Source: an uncultured Clostridia bacterium (GTDB lineage Bacteria > Bacillota > Clostridia > TANB77 > CAG-508). From it: a DNA stretch of 43,439 nt. Of this stretch, positions 27,501 through 37,100 are shown one piece after another (positions within the stretch are counted from its first letter, which is position 1; each line of letters begins with the position of its first letter). Under the pieces are notes generated by a model, which saw only the letters and a program-made list of their open reading frames with translations, was not told the DNA's origin and did not search any database. Location of the stretch: assembly GCA_944393365.1 (NCBI GenBank), contig CALXZZ010000002.1, positions 1-43,439 on the forward strand, given 5' to 3'. The translations under genes were made by a program, and so were the position numbers.

Positions 27501-28937
27501 ATATAAGTCATTTCTTACTGATTGTTTTTCACTTATAATGTCTTCCCATACATAACCACTTAATTTTATATATTTTCTTTTATTTTTCATTGTTACGTTA
27601 ATTGTTTGTCCTACTGCTGATATATTTGCAGCCACTTCAGTAGATGGATTATCAATACTTGTTTCTTCATACCCAAAGTATGGTTGTTTTACTTCATAAA
27701 TTGTATATTTTCCACTTTTACTCAAGTTTCTTATATTTACTATTCCTTGAGAATTTGAAGTATATACCGTTGCATCTGATTTATTACTTACATATTGTGC
27801 AGGTGTTCCATCTTTAACCCATTTTTTTTCAGTTTCGTTATATACAATAAATCCTACATTTGCCAAAGCTTTTCCAGAATCTGCATCTTTTTTAGTTATT
27901 TTAATATAACTAAATGGAACTCCTGGTAATTCTATTTCATCTCGTGATGTTGAAGAATCAAGTGTTCCTCCCCATATTGCAACATTTTGACCACCATCTG
28001 ATTGACAGAAAATCATTCTTGCTCTCATAAAACCAGATGAAGTTTTTACAACTTTAACTTTATCAACACTATCTGGTTTATTAGTTCTAAATGCAAGATA
28101 AAATGTTGTTCCATTTGGTAGATTTTTATTTTGATGAATATTAGAAGTACTTACAGAAGTTGTCCAACCATCTGCTTCATATGATCTTCCAGATTTACTA
28201 ATTGCTGTAATACTACTAATTGTCCCTGATCCAGTATTTTCTATTTTATATGGTCCTACTAAAAGCCAATTTCCAACTTCATACATTGCTTGGGCATTTT
28301 TTGTACTTTTATCTTCAAACGAATATGTAACTGTACTATTTACATAGTTCATAGCTTCTTGTTTTAATCTTTCTGGTTGACCTGCATACATTTTACCAGC
28401 TAAATCATAATAACTTCCTGAAAAACAGCTTCCGAATAATCCCGCCATATTTGATTGATTATTAATTAATCTTCCTTGTAACATCATTTTATATGGAGTA
28501 TTATCAGCTCCAAATGTACTAGATTCATTGTTCTGATATGCCTTAGTAGCATAATACATTATTTCCATTACTGCTCTTGCAGCTTGATAATTATTGCTAG
28601 AACTACCTGTATTTTTAGTTGACCAATTATTAACACTTGAAATTCCATTTTTTCCCACATCTACTACATATGTTCTCATATTTCCATGGTTTGCACCACC
28701 ATGGTTATCATCTGGATCTATACAATATGCTGAACGTGTACGAGTAAGTCTGCTTATTACTCTTGTTGATCCGTCTGTATATGATTCAACTGACATGTTT
28801 AAAAATTCATCTAAATTATTTTCCGCTGCATACCACATATCATACATATAATTTTTTGCCATTGAAGCATTTGTACCAAAATATAGTGCTATGACAAATA
28901 TTATTATTAGTTTAATAAGTTTTCTCAATTTTTGCAT
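24534..28937 (-). CDS. B2: LPxTG-like-anchored giant surface protein (Cys-containing N-domain, SpaA-like and SdrD-B-like stalk)
   Basis: Signal peptide MQKLRKLIKLIIIFVIALYFGTNASMA. Motifs: AYCIDP, GGQNVAIWGG, a SpaA-like domain (GFIVYNETEKK...GKYTIYEVKQPYFGYE), RKYIKLSGYVWEDI, GVDKDSRPNS...YEDDTDSAP, and a second SdrD-B-like domain (IQGTIWEDSAIEE...GNYIFEGVIPGQYLLRYTY). The C-terminus is IITGPTGG, a TM helix and KRTLRK. The ATG lies 4 nt after the A2 stop codon, and the AGGAGG RBS sits inside the last A2 codons. Confidence 0.8.
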   Translation of the reverse strand: MQKLRKLIKLIIIFVIALYFGTNASMAKNYMYDMWYAAENNLDEFLNMSVESYTDGSTRVISRLTRTRSAYCIDPDDNHGGANHGNMRTYVVDVGKNGISSVNNWSTKNTGSSSNNYQAARAVMEIMYYATKAYQNNESSTFGADNTPYKMMLQGRLINNQSNMAGLFGSCFSGSYYDLAGKMYAGQPERLKQEAMNYVNSTVTYSFEDKSTKNAQAMYEVGNWLLVGPYKIENTGSGTISSITAISKSGRSYEADGWTTSVSTSNIHQNKNLPNGTTFYLAFRTNKPDSVDKVKVVKTSSGFMRARMIFCQSDGGQNVAIWGGTLDSSTSRDEIELPGVPFSYIKITKKDADSGKALANVGFIVYNETEKKWVKDGTPAQYVSNKSDATVYTSNSQGIVNIRNLSKSGKYTIYEVKQPYFGYEETSIDNPSTEVAANISAVGQTINVTMKNKRKYIKLSGYVWEDIISEKQSVRNDLYNQNENDNFDKLIANMTVSLRDANGNLLKAEDGHEIQPRKTDSSGKYTFGNYLASGFENEKILIDDIVNGAYIEFEYNGMTYKSVALNPSANNGSKATDETNRNKSGENNQYFYSTRYATVTSEGATDTEGRLTNLEYDYANNKSTLKYSSDTSSYIYGYDGQAYPIDGIDNKYKTFANTKDANNGIMGKNLTANDIYANNMEEIPYINLGIVQREMPDLAVMQDIQNAKVTLNGYEHIYQYSQRFDTDGEFRENGEDGFNVSVKFGEKYLDNSYTREIYSSDLIYNQSEEGNGKLGVYITYKIAIRNEATSVYTRLNELANYYDDDFELVATGYQIDENGDVVNSIENRIDEGYNQNGYRKSIIYVGTGEEIPPISASESNTVEIYVQYKLNNDAVNAVLNQDVTLSSITEVTSYSSFENGFSTVYSGVDKDSRPNSITTIDRTTYEDDTDSAPTLILKSTDSDNPDDPDGNSYTRIIQGTIWEDSAIEELLNGTGYDKRREGDGRYDSENENVVRNVQVELLSIDDDGNYSVANLYQRGQANAVPAQYTTGSDGNYIFEGVIPGQYLLRYTYGNNSYIVDIDSGTETQIQAQKYKSTKYRDGNKEEAEDNNLYWYRQETGEATRLSDARDISGKYSDDSTLENSDNIDIVDRRTTVDVVNYAYAVEDAKLEEITAESKQFDIKLDYDVNLDNISEYGADLKFDFNNIDFGIIRRPMQQLRIKKEISYIEVTLANGQTLISGDPRTETIENLRLIPQSSNPQQGQTVYLEVDNEIIQGATLKVEYEITVDLSACEVDYNSKDYYYYNTVPSNYNESGVWKMATVTDLFDYVSNDLNYDENNNLDNGWVSITADQIESGQLSPEALEALTRYNKVLHTDYFSDMSPDENNRIKTNKLYLTRLLSNNEMDFTFDNDVEVTETTNRVPDDSIPGNYDPSETPNEPDESEVEIIITGPTGGNQNYIIYGIIGFVVIIIFTAGIILIKRTLRK
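24633..24647 (-). other. TGPTG sorting-type motif (B2)
   Basis: EVEIIITGPTGGNQNYIIYGIIGFVVIIIFTAGIILIKRTLRK. Confidence 0.55.
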
Positions 28938-28941
28938 TTAT

Positions 28942-31900
28942 TTACCTCCTTTCTTTTTTTAGTAAATCATCTGTTAGTTTATCTTCATCTAATATATCTT
29001 CACTTAATGCATTTTCGCCAAATACATTTCTTCTTATTAAATAAATTCCTGCGCCTAAAATTCCAACTATTATAAATATTAAAGTTGTATAAATAATAGG
29101 GCCACCTGTTCTAATTGATACCAATACTTCCGCTGAACTCATATCATCTTCTCCACTGATTTTATTATTTGGTGTTGAATCAATATCATCAATAGATAGT
29201 GAGTTACTTACTTCAGTTAATTCAGCTTGGTTAATAATATTTCCAGTATTGTTGCTATTTAGATTTTTTATTAATGTTAATGTTACAGTTTTTGTTTCTC
29301 CCGGATTTATTATTTGATTTGAAAGTTCATTACTACTCAAATCACCATCTGCTGTTTGATACCAGTTTTTATTCATTTCAGAACTAAATTCCAAATCTTT
29401 TGGCATATAGTCTGTTAACCTATTTACATATCCTGCTAATTCACCTTCATTTGTAATATCAATTTGATATTCAATTATTATTCTTGCACCATTAATTCTC
29501 TTAGCATCTATTTCTACTTTAGCTAGTTTTTCTTTATTAAATTGATTTACAGTAGTTCCTCTTGAATCTTGAACAATTACTTCATTAACATATTTATCAA
29601 TTCTTAAATCAAATCTATCTGCTCTAATAAATCCAGCATCTATGTTAGTTATATTTGAATCACTTACCTCTATTGTAGCAGTTACAGCTACTGTATGCTC
29701 TGTACCCTGTAAGCTTAAGTTCCTACTAATAACGTCTGAATTTTTATCTTCAGTTATTCCTGATTTTTGATATTCTGTTAAGTAATATTCAGTATTATCA
29801 TATTGGAAAATAACTAAATAATTTCCTGGTTGTATTTCTGTAAATACATAACTACCTGTTTCATCAGTATTTTTAATACATTCATCTTCATTTTGGTTTA
29901 AAGCTATTTCTCCTGTTTCTGCATTTATTAAAAATACTGGAATATTAGAAAGAGTTTCTTCATAATCTTCTCTATAACCATTTTTATTTTCATCTAACCA
30001 AGCTGTTCCACTTATTTCATATGTATTATATTCACCTGGTACTTCTGGTTGATCTTCTCCTTCTCTTTCTACTTGATGAGTAATTTCATTACAAGTAATA
30101 TCTTGCATAAATACTTCAAATTCAACTTCGTTTGTAATTTCTTTTTCAAATGCTTTTTCAGTATCTATTACTGTATTAATAACTATTCTAGCTTCATAAC
30201 CATCTGCTAAATTAAAAGTATGAGTTATCATATTATTTGCTTCATCTATTTCAATTTCTTGTTCTTCTGCTAAATTTCCATCAGTATCATAAATTTCTAA
30301 TTTACTATTAGATATTACAGCAGCAAATGGTACATAATCTGTAATTGTTATTTCTTTATCTTCTGGTCCCTCATTTCTAACTGCTATTTCATATGTTAAC
30401 TCATCACCGTTTTTTACTGTATCTCCTTCTATACTTCCTGTTTGTTCTGCTGTAATCTTACTTATTTCATTATAGAAAGTTCTTGATAATTCATTTGAAA
30501 TATATGTTTCTCCATTCATTTCACCAGTAAAGAAGAAGTTCATTTCTTGTTCTCTAATATTTTCATCAAAAGCTTCAACATATAACGCAAGACGTATACC
30601 TATTTTTTCTCCCGCTGGAATTGTTGGTATTCTAAGTGTTAATACACTATCTTCATAAGATACAAATTCAAAATTATCTTCTTCAAATAGGTAATCTGTT
30701 GAAAATGAAAATCCTTCTGGTACATTTAATGTTAACATTACATCGTTTTGCTCTTCATTAGTCAAATTAGTTACATCCATAAAAAATGGATATTGCCTGT
30801 TTGTTAAAACTCTATATTCTTGAGCATATTTATCTCTCATTTGTAATTTTAATTGTGATTTTTCTATTTCATTAGTAACTGTATTTATCGTTTTTTCTTC
30901 AATTCCATCAGCAGATATTTTAATTTCACCACTTGTTTCTACTTGTTCTCCTTCAATTTGTTTTACTGAAAATTGATAACTTAAAGTTACACTTTCTCCT
31001 GGCTGTAATGAATCTACTGTTAATACTTTTTCTAGTAAATCTTCATTTTCTACTATATCAGTATATTTTATATCAGTTGCACCAGTAGTTGAATCCCAAC
31101 CATCATTTTGTACTAGTTCATCATAAAATATAGCATTTGTTTGGGTTGCATTTATATTTATATTTGTAATTTCTTCTGTTCCTGTATTTTCTAATCTAAT
31201 AATATTTTTTATTCCTTGCCCCTCTTTTACTATATCACCATCAGCTAAATTTTGTCCTCCAGTTCTTGATACTAGACTAACAGACAAATCTTTCACAATA
31301 TCTGTGACTTCTAAATTTTGATTCTCTTCTAATCCTTCTGAATTTGTCTCTACCTGTGCCTCTGTTGTTAATCTAATTTTAGAAACATTTTCTAAATCGT
31401 TTCCTAAATAATTATATCTTACATAAACTTGATTTTCTTCATTTATATTTCCTTGAAGTCCTTCTTTTATTTTTAAATCATATGTAACTTTTAGCACCTC
31501 AGATGAATTTAATTGATTTTCAGCTACATTTATCTTAAATAGTTTTACTTTACTTTCATCTTCTATTGTTTCTTGCCAATTTTGAGTATTTATATCTTCA
31601 TCTTCTGAATAATAAATTTTTGATTCTCTACCTTCAACAGCTATGTTATTAATATCCGTAATATTTGATATAGTTCCTATAATTTCAAAATTACTAATAT
31701 TAGTTGTATAATTATTTATAACAGATATTACTCCATTAGCATTTCTTTCACTTGCATTTATGTCTAATTTTGCCTCTTTTACATTATCATCGAAACTTTC
31801 TATACTTTCTCCACTATTATTATAATTTTCTAATTCATTAATTACTAAAATTCCATCTTTTGAATTTATTTTTATTGGAACAGAAGTATTAAATGTCTCT

Positions 31901-33876
31901 CCGCTTCTATTTTCATTTGTATAATTCATACTTATTTCTGTTTGCATTGTTGGTACTGTTTTATCAATTGTAATATCTGCTATAATTGAAATTTGAATTC
32001 CTTCATTAATATTATTTTCAAAAGATAACTGTTCTCCTTGTAAATGCAATGAAATTGTTTTAGTTCCATCTTCATTATTAATCAATCTTGGTTCTACTAT
32101 AGTTAATTCATTCTGTCTATTTAATTGTGTAATATTTTTAACATTAATATTTATCTCTCTTGGTAATACAATTTCAATACTTGGATTTTTATATAAATCA
32201 TATTGCTCATTATTACTTACTAAAGTAACTAAAAATTGTACATTTTCATTTGTTTGTAATGTAGATAAATTACTATTATTTACTTCTAACTTTGCTTCTG
32301 TCTTTGTATCAACTAAATTTATAGAAGCTTCTCCAATTTCTTCTCCTAATTGTGTTGATACTGAACTTCTAGAAATAAGTCTAGTAAATAATTTTAATTG
32401 ATCTTTAGTATAACTATTTTGTCCCTTTAAAGCCTTTGTATGTTTAAATATCAAAGTTCCTTCTGATATTGGTTTAGAAATAGTCATTTTAATATTTTTA
32501 TGCTCTACATCATAGGCAATATTTATATTTCCATTTTCATCTGTTATAGTATTATTATCAATTATTGTGATATTTACATCATTTTCGTCTTTAATTATGA
32601 TATTTCCAGATTCCCCTAAGATATCTAACATGTTTTGTTTATTTATAGAAATATCTTTATATGTAACACTATCATTTGCAACATATTCTTGATTTTCATC
32701 AGTTACAAATTGATTATCTAATGTTTGTATTTGCATATTTTCTATACTTTGTGCATTTGAAATATTAATACTATCTTCTTCTTCAAAAGCTATTTCATTT
32801 TCTACTCCGGCATATAAATATCCTTTATATATTTCTTGTTTTAATATACTTTTTTCCAAATCTACTATATTACCTTTTTTTGTAACTTGAACATCTTGCA
32901 TATCTTGTTTTTGGACTTCGTCTTTTGTAAATAACTTTGTAGACACTGATGTATTAATTTGTATTGTTTTGTCATTTTCACCAATTTCGCTTGGATATAT
33001 ATATATTATTTGATAAATATTTTGAGCATTTCCCCAATTAGTTGTATTATCTGTAGTTATTAAATCTATATTTTGAACTTGTAGCAAGTTATTTTCTTTA
33101 TCATAATTTATATTTCCTTGCTCTAATTTTTCTCCATTCAATAATACATATATGTCTTCAGGTTGTTGTTCTTCTATAACAGGAACATTTATATTTAATG
33201 TTTCTTGTTCTCTTGGTAATTTATCATCAATAACATTTGTTATAACATTTTGTTGCAACAAGATTCCATTGCTACCTAAATTTATAAACTTTTCTATATT
33301 TTGACTTAAAGTAATATCTGTATCCGCACTCCAATTAATTTTTAAATTTCTTTCTGCTGTTACAGTAGTTTCTGTTTCATCTTTGTAAGTTCCTGAAACT
33401 GTAATCAAATTTTCTTGTTCAAAGTAATTCATATCAAAAGTATTTTGTTTTTTAAATTTAATTGGAATTTCTATCTCTATATTATTTCCAGATGGTATTG
33501 AGTTTAAAGCTATTTCATTTGTTTCTTCATTTATTTCCTTTATATTTGAATTTTGTACTTTATCTTTAACTATTTCAAAATTACCATTTGCCATTTGTAT
33601 TTTTGCATCATTTAATATTCCCTTATTTTTAACACTTATGTATAAAATAAGAGTAGCTTCCACATCAACATTTATTTGTTTTTCATGTATTGTTGAATTA
33701 TCTTGTTTAAAATACACATCAAAATCAACATTTTGGACATTTGTTGATGTATTTTGTTCTTCTAAATTTTCTGATACTGCTAATACCAAATTATATCCAA
33801 TGAACACAAAGTTCACCATTGTTAATAGCACTATCAATAAAGATGCAATTAGTACTTTTAAAATCCTTCTTTTCAT
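28942..33876 (-). CDS. A2: giant DUF11-like and SdrD-B-like repeat surface protein with SIRTG, a TM helix and an acidic tail
   Basis: Signal peptide MKRRILKVLIASLLIVLLTMVNFVFIGYNLVLA. DUF11-like repeats (VTYEIAVRNEGPEDKEITITDYVP; IKNIIRLENTGTEEITNININ). SdrD-B-like domain ISGTAWLDENKNGYRED...GSYVFTEIQPGNYLVIFQYD. The C-terminus reads DDIDSTPNNKISGEDDMSSAEVLVSIRTGGPIIYTTLIFIIVGILGAGIYLIRRNVF, followed by a 25-aa acidic tail. Confidence 0.8.
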   Translation of the reverse strand: MKRRILKVLIASLLIVLLTMVNFVFIGYNLVLAVSENLEEQNTSTNVQNVDFDVYFKQDNSTIHEKQINVDVEATLILYISVKNKGILNDAKIQMANGNFEIVKDKVQNSNIKEINEETNEIALNSIPSGNNIEIEIPIKFKKQNTFDMNYFEQENLITVSGTYKDETETTVTAERNLKINWSADTDITLSQNIEKFINLGSNGILLQQNVITNVIDDKLPREQETLNINVPVIEEQQPEDIYVLLNGEKLEQGNINYDKENNLLQVQNIDLITTDNTTNWGNAQNIYQIIYIYPSEIGENDKTIQINTSVSTKLFTKDEVQKQDMQDVQVTKKGNIVDLEKSILKQEIYKGYLYAGVENEIAFEEEDSINISNAQSIENMQIQTLDNQFVTDENQEYVANDSVTYKDISINKQNMLDILGESGNIIIKDENDVNITIIDNNTITDENGNINIAYDVEHKNIKMTISKPISEGTLIFKHTKALKGQNSYTKDQLKLFTRLISRSSVSTQLGEEIGEASINLVDTKTEAKLEVNNSNLSTLQTNENVQFLVTLVSNNEQYDLYKNPSIEIVLPREININVKNITQLNRQNELTIVEPRLINNEDGTKTISLHLQGEQLSFENNINEGIQISIIADITIDKTVPTMQTEISMNYTNENRSGETFNTSVPIKINSKDGILVINELENYNNSGESIESFDDNVKEAKLDINASERNANGVISVINNYTTNISNFEIIGTISNITDINNIAVEGRESKIYYSEDEDINTQNWQETIEDESKVKLFKINVAENQLNSSEVLKVTYDLKIKEGLQGNINEENQVYVRYNYLGNDLENVSKIRLTTEAQVETNSEGLEENQNLEVTDIVKDLSVSLVSRTGGQNLADGDIVKEGQGIKNIIRLENTGTEEITNININATQTNAIFYDELVQNDGWDSTTGATDIKYTDIVENEDLLEKVLTVDSLQPGESVTLSYQFSVKQIEGEQVETSGEIKISADGIEEKTINTVTNEIEKSQLKLQMRDKYAQEYRVLTNRQYPFFMDVTNLTNEEQNDVMLTLNVPEGFSFSTDYLFEEDNFEFVSYEDSVLTLRIPTIPAGEKIGIRLALYVEAFDENIREQEMNFFFTGEMNGETYISNELSRTFYNEISKITAEQTGSIEGDTVKNGDELTYEIAVRNEGPEDKEITITDYVPFAAVISNSKLEIYDTDGNLAEEQEIEIDEANNMITHTFNLADGYEARIVINTVIDTEKAFEKEITNEVEFEVFMQDITCNEITHQVEREGEDQPEVPGEYNTYEISGTAWLDENKNGYREDYEETLSNIPVFLINAETGEIALNQNEDECIKNTDETGSYVFTEIQPGNYLVIFQYDNTEYYLTEYQKSGITEDKNSDVISRNLSLQGTEHTVAVTATIEVSDSNITNIDAGFIRADRFDLRIDKYVNEVIVQDSRGTTVNQFNKEKLAKVEIDAKRINGARIIIEYQIDITNEGELAGYVNRLTDYMPKDLEFSSEMNKNWYQTADGDLSSNELSNQIINPGETKTVTLTLIKNLNSNNTGNIINQAELTEVSNSLSIDDIDSTPNNKISGEDDMSSAEVLVSIRTGGPIIYTTLIFIIVGILGAGIYLIRRNVFGENALSEDILDEDKLTDDLLKKERR
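29104..29118 (-). other. SIRTG motif preceding the A2 TM helix
   Basis: SSAEVLVSIRTGGPIIYTTLIFIIVGILGAGIYLIRR. Confidence 0.6.
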
Positions 33877-33927
33877 TACTTACAACCCTTTCCCTCAATA
33901 ATTTTAGATATACTTTTCCTTAAATAT

Positions 33928-33956
33928 ATAGTAGCTTTTATTAAAAATTAAATCAA
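33928..33956 (-). promoter_or_regulatory. Candidate promoter for A2-B2
   Basis: On the - strand TTGATT (33956-33951), a 17-nt spacer and TACTAT (33933-33928). The geometry is identical to the A3 copy. Confidence 0.4.
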
Positions 33957-33979
33957 TATCAATTTTTTCCAAACATAAT

Positions 33980-34008
33980 AAAAAAACCTTCCGCCTGCTA
34001 CGGAAGGT
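33980..34008 (-). terminator. Intrinsic terminator after B1 (A2-copy of the module hairpin)
   Basis: On the - strand ACCTTCCG, a 7-nt loop, CGGAAGGT and TTTTTTT, ~110 nt downstream of the B1 stop codon. Confidence 0.7.
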
Positions 34009-34119
34009 CATTTCGCCATTTTTCGTCTTGTTTTTTTAAGTTTAGTTTACATTTGTGTAACATTTGTAATATTTTTTATTTTACTTCTTCTTAATATATT
34101 ACTTAATCTTTAGGGATAG

Positions 34120-37100
34120 TTAATCTTTAGATTTTTTTAGTACTTTTCTTTTTATTAGTATAATTCCTCCGCCAATAATTACTAATGCTACTATTCCGAT
34201 TGTTATTGGCAATACATATGCTAAATTTCTACCTGTTGCTGGAGTAATTATAACCGTCTCAGCCATATCATCATCAGATTCTGTATGTCCAGTACCTGGT
34301 ACGTAGTTTCCTGGTGTAGATACTAAATCTGATCCTCCTGTTTTATCTACTTCTACTATCTCAGTTTCATTATCTAAAGATATATCTTCACTTGTTGTTA
34401 ATATCTTAGATACATTTAACATTACACTTTGTGAATTTGCAGGTTCTATTGGTGTATTTCTTAAAGTATCTGTATAAAGAATTGTCTTGTCATTTATTGT
34501 TGTTGTTTCATTTTCAAATACATCTTGTTGTAACAATTCTCTTACTTCATCTAATGTTCTAACTTGCCAATCTGGGTTACTTGCATTATCAAATGCCCAA
34601 TCATTATCTAAGTAATCTATTATTCCTGATGCATTGATTGTTACTACATCTCCTTCTATAATTCCATATTTATAGAAGTTTTCTGATAAGTAATCTAATT
34701 CGCTATTATTAGTTGCTACAAATTCATATCCTACTTCTAGTGTTGCACCTTGTATCAATTCATTATCTAACTCTACTCTTACAAATCCATTAGCAGGACT
34801 TGTAGTATTTGATGGTGGCATATATGTTACATTACTGCTATCTCCTGTTATAGTTCCATCATCTTCTAATCTGATATTAGTAACTTGTTGTCCGTTAGCT
34901 AATGTAATTTTTAAGTTTCTTACTTTCTTAGCAATTGTAAGATCTTGTTTAGCTCTTTCAATAATTCCAAAGTCTATATTTCTTATTTGATATGTGTATC
35001 TATCTCCGGCTGATGCAGTTGTTGTTGTGTCATATTCTACACCTATTCCCATTGTTGGGGTTGTAGAATTCATTTTGTCAATTGTTGTTTGTGTACTATT
35101 TTGTATATGTGTTAATTCTGCATCTATTGCTTTTCTTAATTCATAATCATCTAAAGCATCCGTATAACGTGTGTCTACATCCTCTTTATACCATTCTTTA
35201 TTAGTTTGATCCCTATTAGTATTATATACTGTACCTTTATAGTTTTGTACTGTATAAGTTTCGTTTCCCCATGTATATGTTAATGTATAGTCTCCTGGTA
35301 TATATCCACTTATGTAGAAGTCACCATTTTCATCTGTTGTTGCAGTATAAACTTTTCCGCTTCCTGTATTTTCTGTTAATGTTACTTCTACTCCTGCAAT
35401 TCCAGTTTCTCCTTCTTCATAAATTCCGCTACCTTGTCTTACTTTTCCTGTCATAATTCCTGAAGTGTCTTGTCCATTTTCTGCTACTGGTTCATCCTCA
35501 AATACTTTACCTGTCATTTCTCTTGCGTCTGCTACTTCTAATTGTAATGACAATGCTGCATCTGTATCATCTTCATATGTTGTCTTGTCTTCTGGATTAG
35601 AACTTCCTGGATTTGAGTCTTTATCTATACCAGCATATATACTTCCACTTTCATCAAATATTGAATATGAATTAATTTCAACTACATTGTCTAAGTTTTC
35701 TTGTCCATTTAATACATTAATTACAGCTTCTCTATTTAATTCAAATTGTACATATACATTTCCTTCGTTTGAATTTAATGTACTTGTTAATGGTCCTATT
35801 CTAGTATTGTTATTAATTATAACTTTGTTATAGTTACTATCATAAGTTCCGTCTGTATATTCAAGTGCTCCTGTTATATTACCAGCTTCGTCTACACCTG
35901 TACCAATTCCAACAATACTATATCTGCTATCATAGTAATCTACAATACTATTTATTTGAGCAGTTAAAGTTGTTGATTGATTATTCATTGCTATTTTGTA
36001 TGTAATATATACTTTTAATTCTTTACTTGGATCATTTTCATTTACATATTCATAATCAGCTTCATAAATTGCTCTTTTATATGGCTCTGCCGCATATTTT
36101 TCTCCAAATTTAACACCTACATTAAATCCGTCTCCACCATACTCATCTGGATGATTAAATCTTTGTGCATATTCATATGTATGTTCATATCCATTTACTG
36201 CAACTCTTACATTTTCTATATCTTTTGCAATTGCTAAATCAGGTTGTTCTCTTTCATATAAACCTAAATTAATATATTTTATTTCTTCTTGTCCATATGT
36301 AAAATGTTCTCTAATTATATAATCAGTTACATCCGTATTAGCTGTTATTGGATATTGTCCATTATTTATTAATGTTGAAGTATGTTCTAGAGAATTAAAG
36401 TTATATGTTAGTTGATGTCTTTCGTTTCCGTTTTCATCTCTAGTAAATCCTGTTGTTTGTGTTCTTCCTTCTACTACACTAAATCCTCTATTAAATGCGT
36501 CTCTTTCTTCTTTACTTTCTGCAGATTTAGAACCATTATCTACATCAATATGTGGAATTACATTTGTATATGTTAATCCATCATATTCAAATTCAATATA
36601 GTAATCTGATAATTTTTCAATTAGTACATCTGTAAATAGGTATTGTCCATCACCTAAGTCAGCATTTTCTCCTGTCACCATTTCTTTAACAGTTTCACCT
36701 GTTGTTCTATCTTTTAGTCTTACAGTTATACCATTTAATAATATATCATTTGTGTCTGAATAGATTTCTTCACCATTTTCTATTATGTTCTCTTTATATA
36801 AATCATTTCTATCCCATTCTTTTTGGTCTGGTTTATCTACCCAAACGAATCCAGATAATTTTACATATATTTGTTTATTTCCTATTATAAAGTCTGTTGT
36901 TTTATCAACTACTATGTCTTGTTCTTGTCCATCTGTTATGATTTCATATCCATAATTAGGATTTTTAGTTTCATATGCTACATATGTACCAACAATCAAA
37001 TTCTTTATTAGTATTTGACCATTGCTATCTGTTACAAATTCTGTTGCTTGTGATTTGTTATCTACATATGATATATTACCATTTCCATCTTGGCGTACAT

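Larger units (their letters stand above)
33916..34082 (-). repeat. Conserved non-coding module upstream of A2 (copy 2 of 2)
   Basis: Near-identical to 18077-18243. It lies between the B1 stop codon (34120) and the A2 start codon (33876). Confidence 0.85.
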
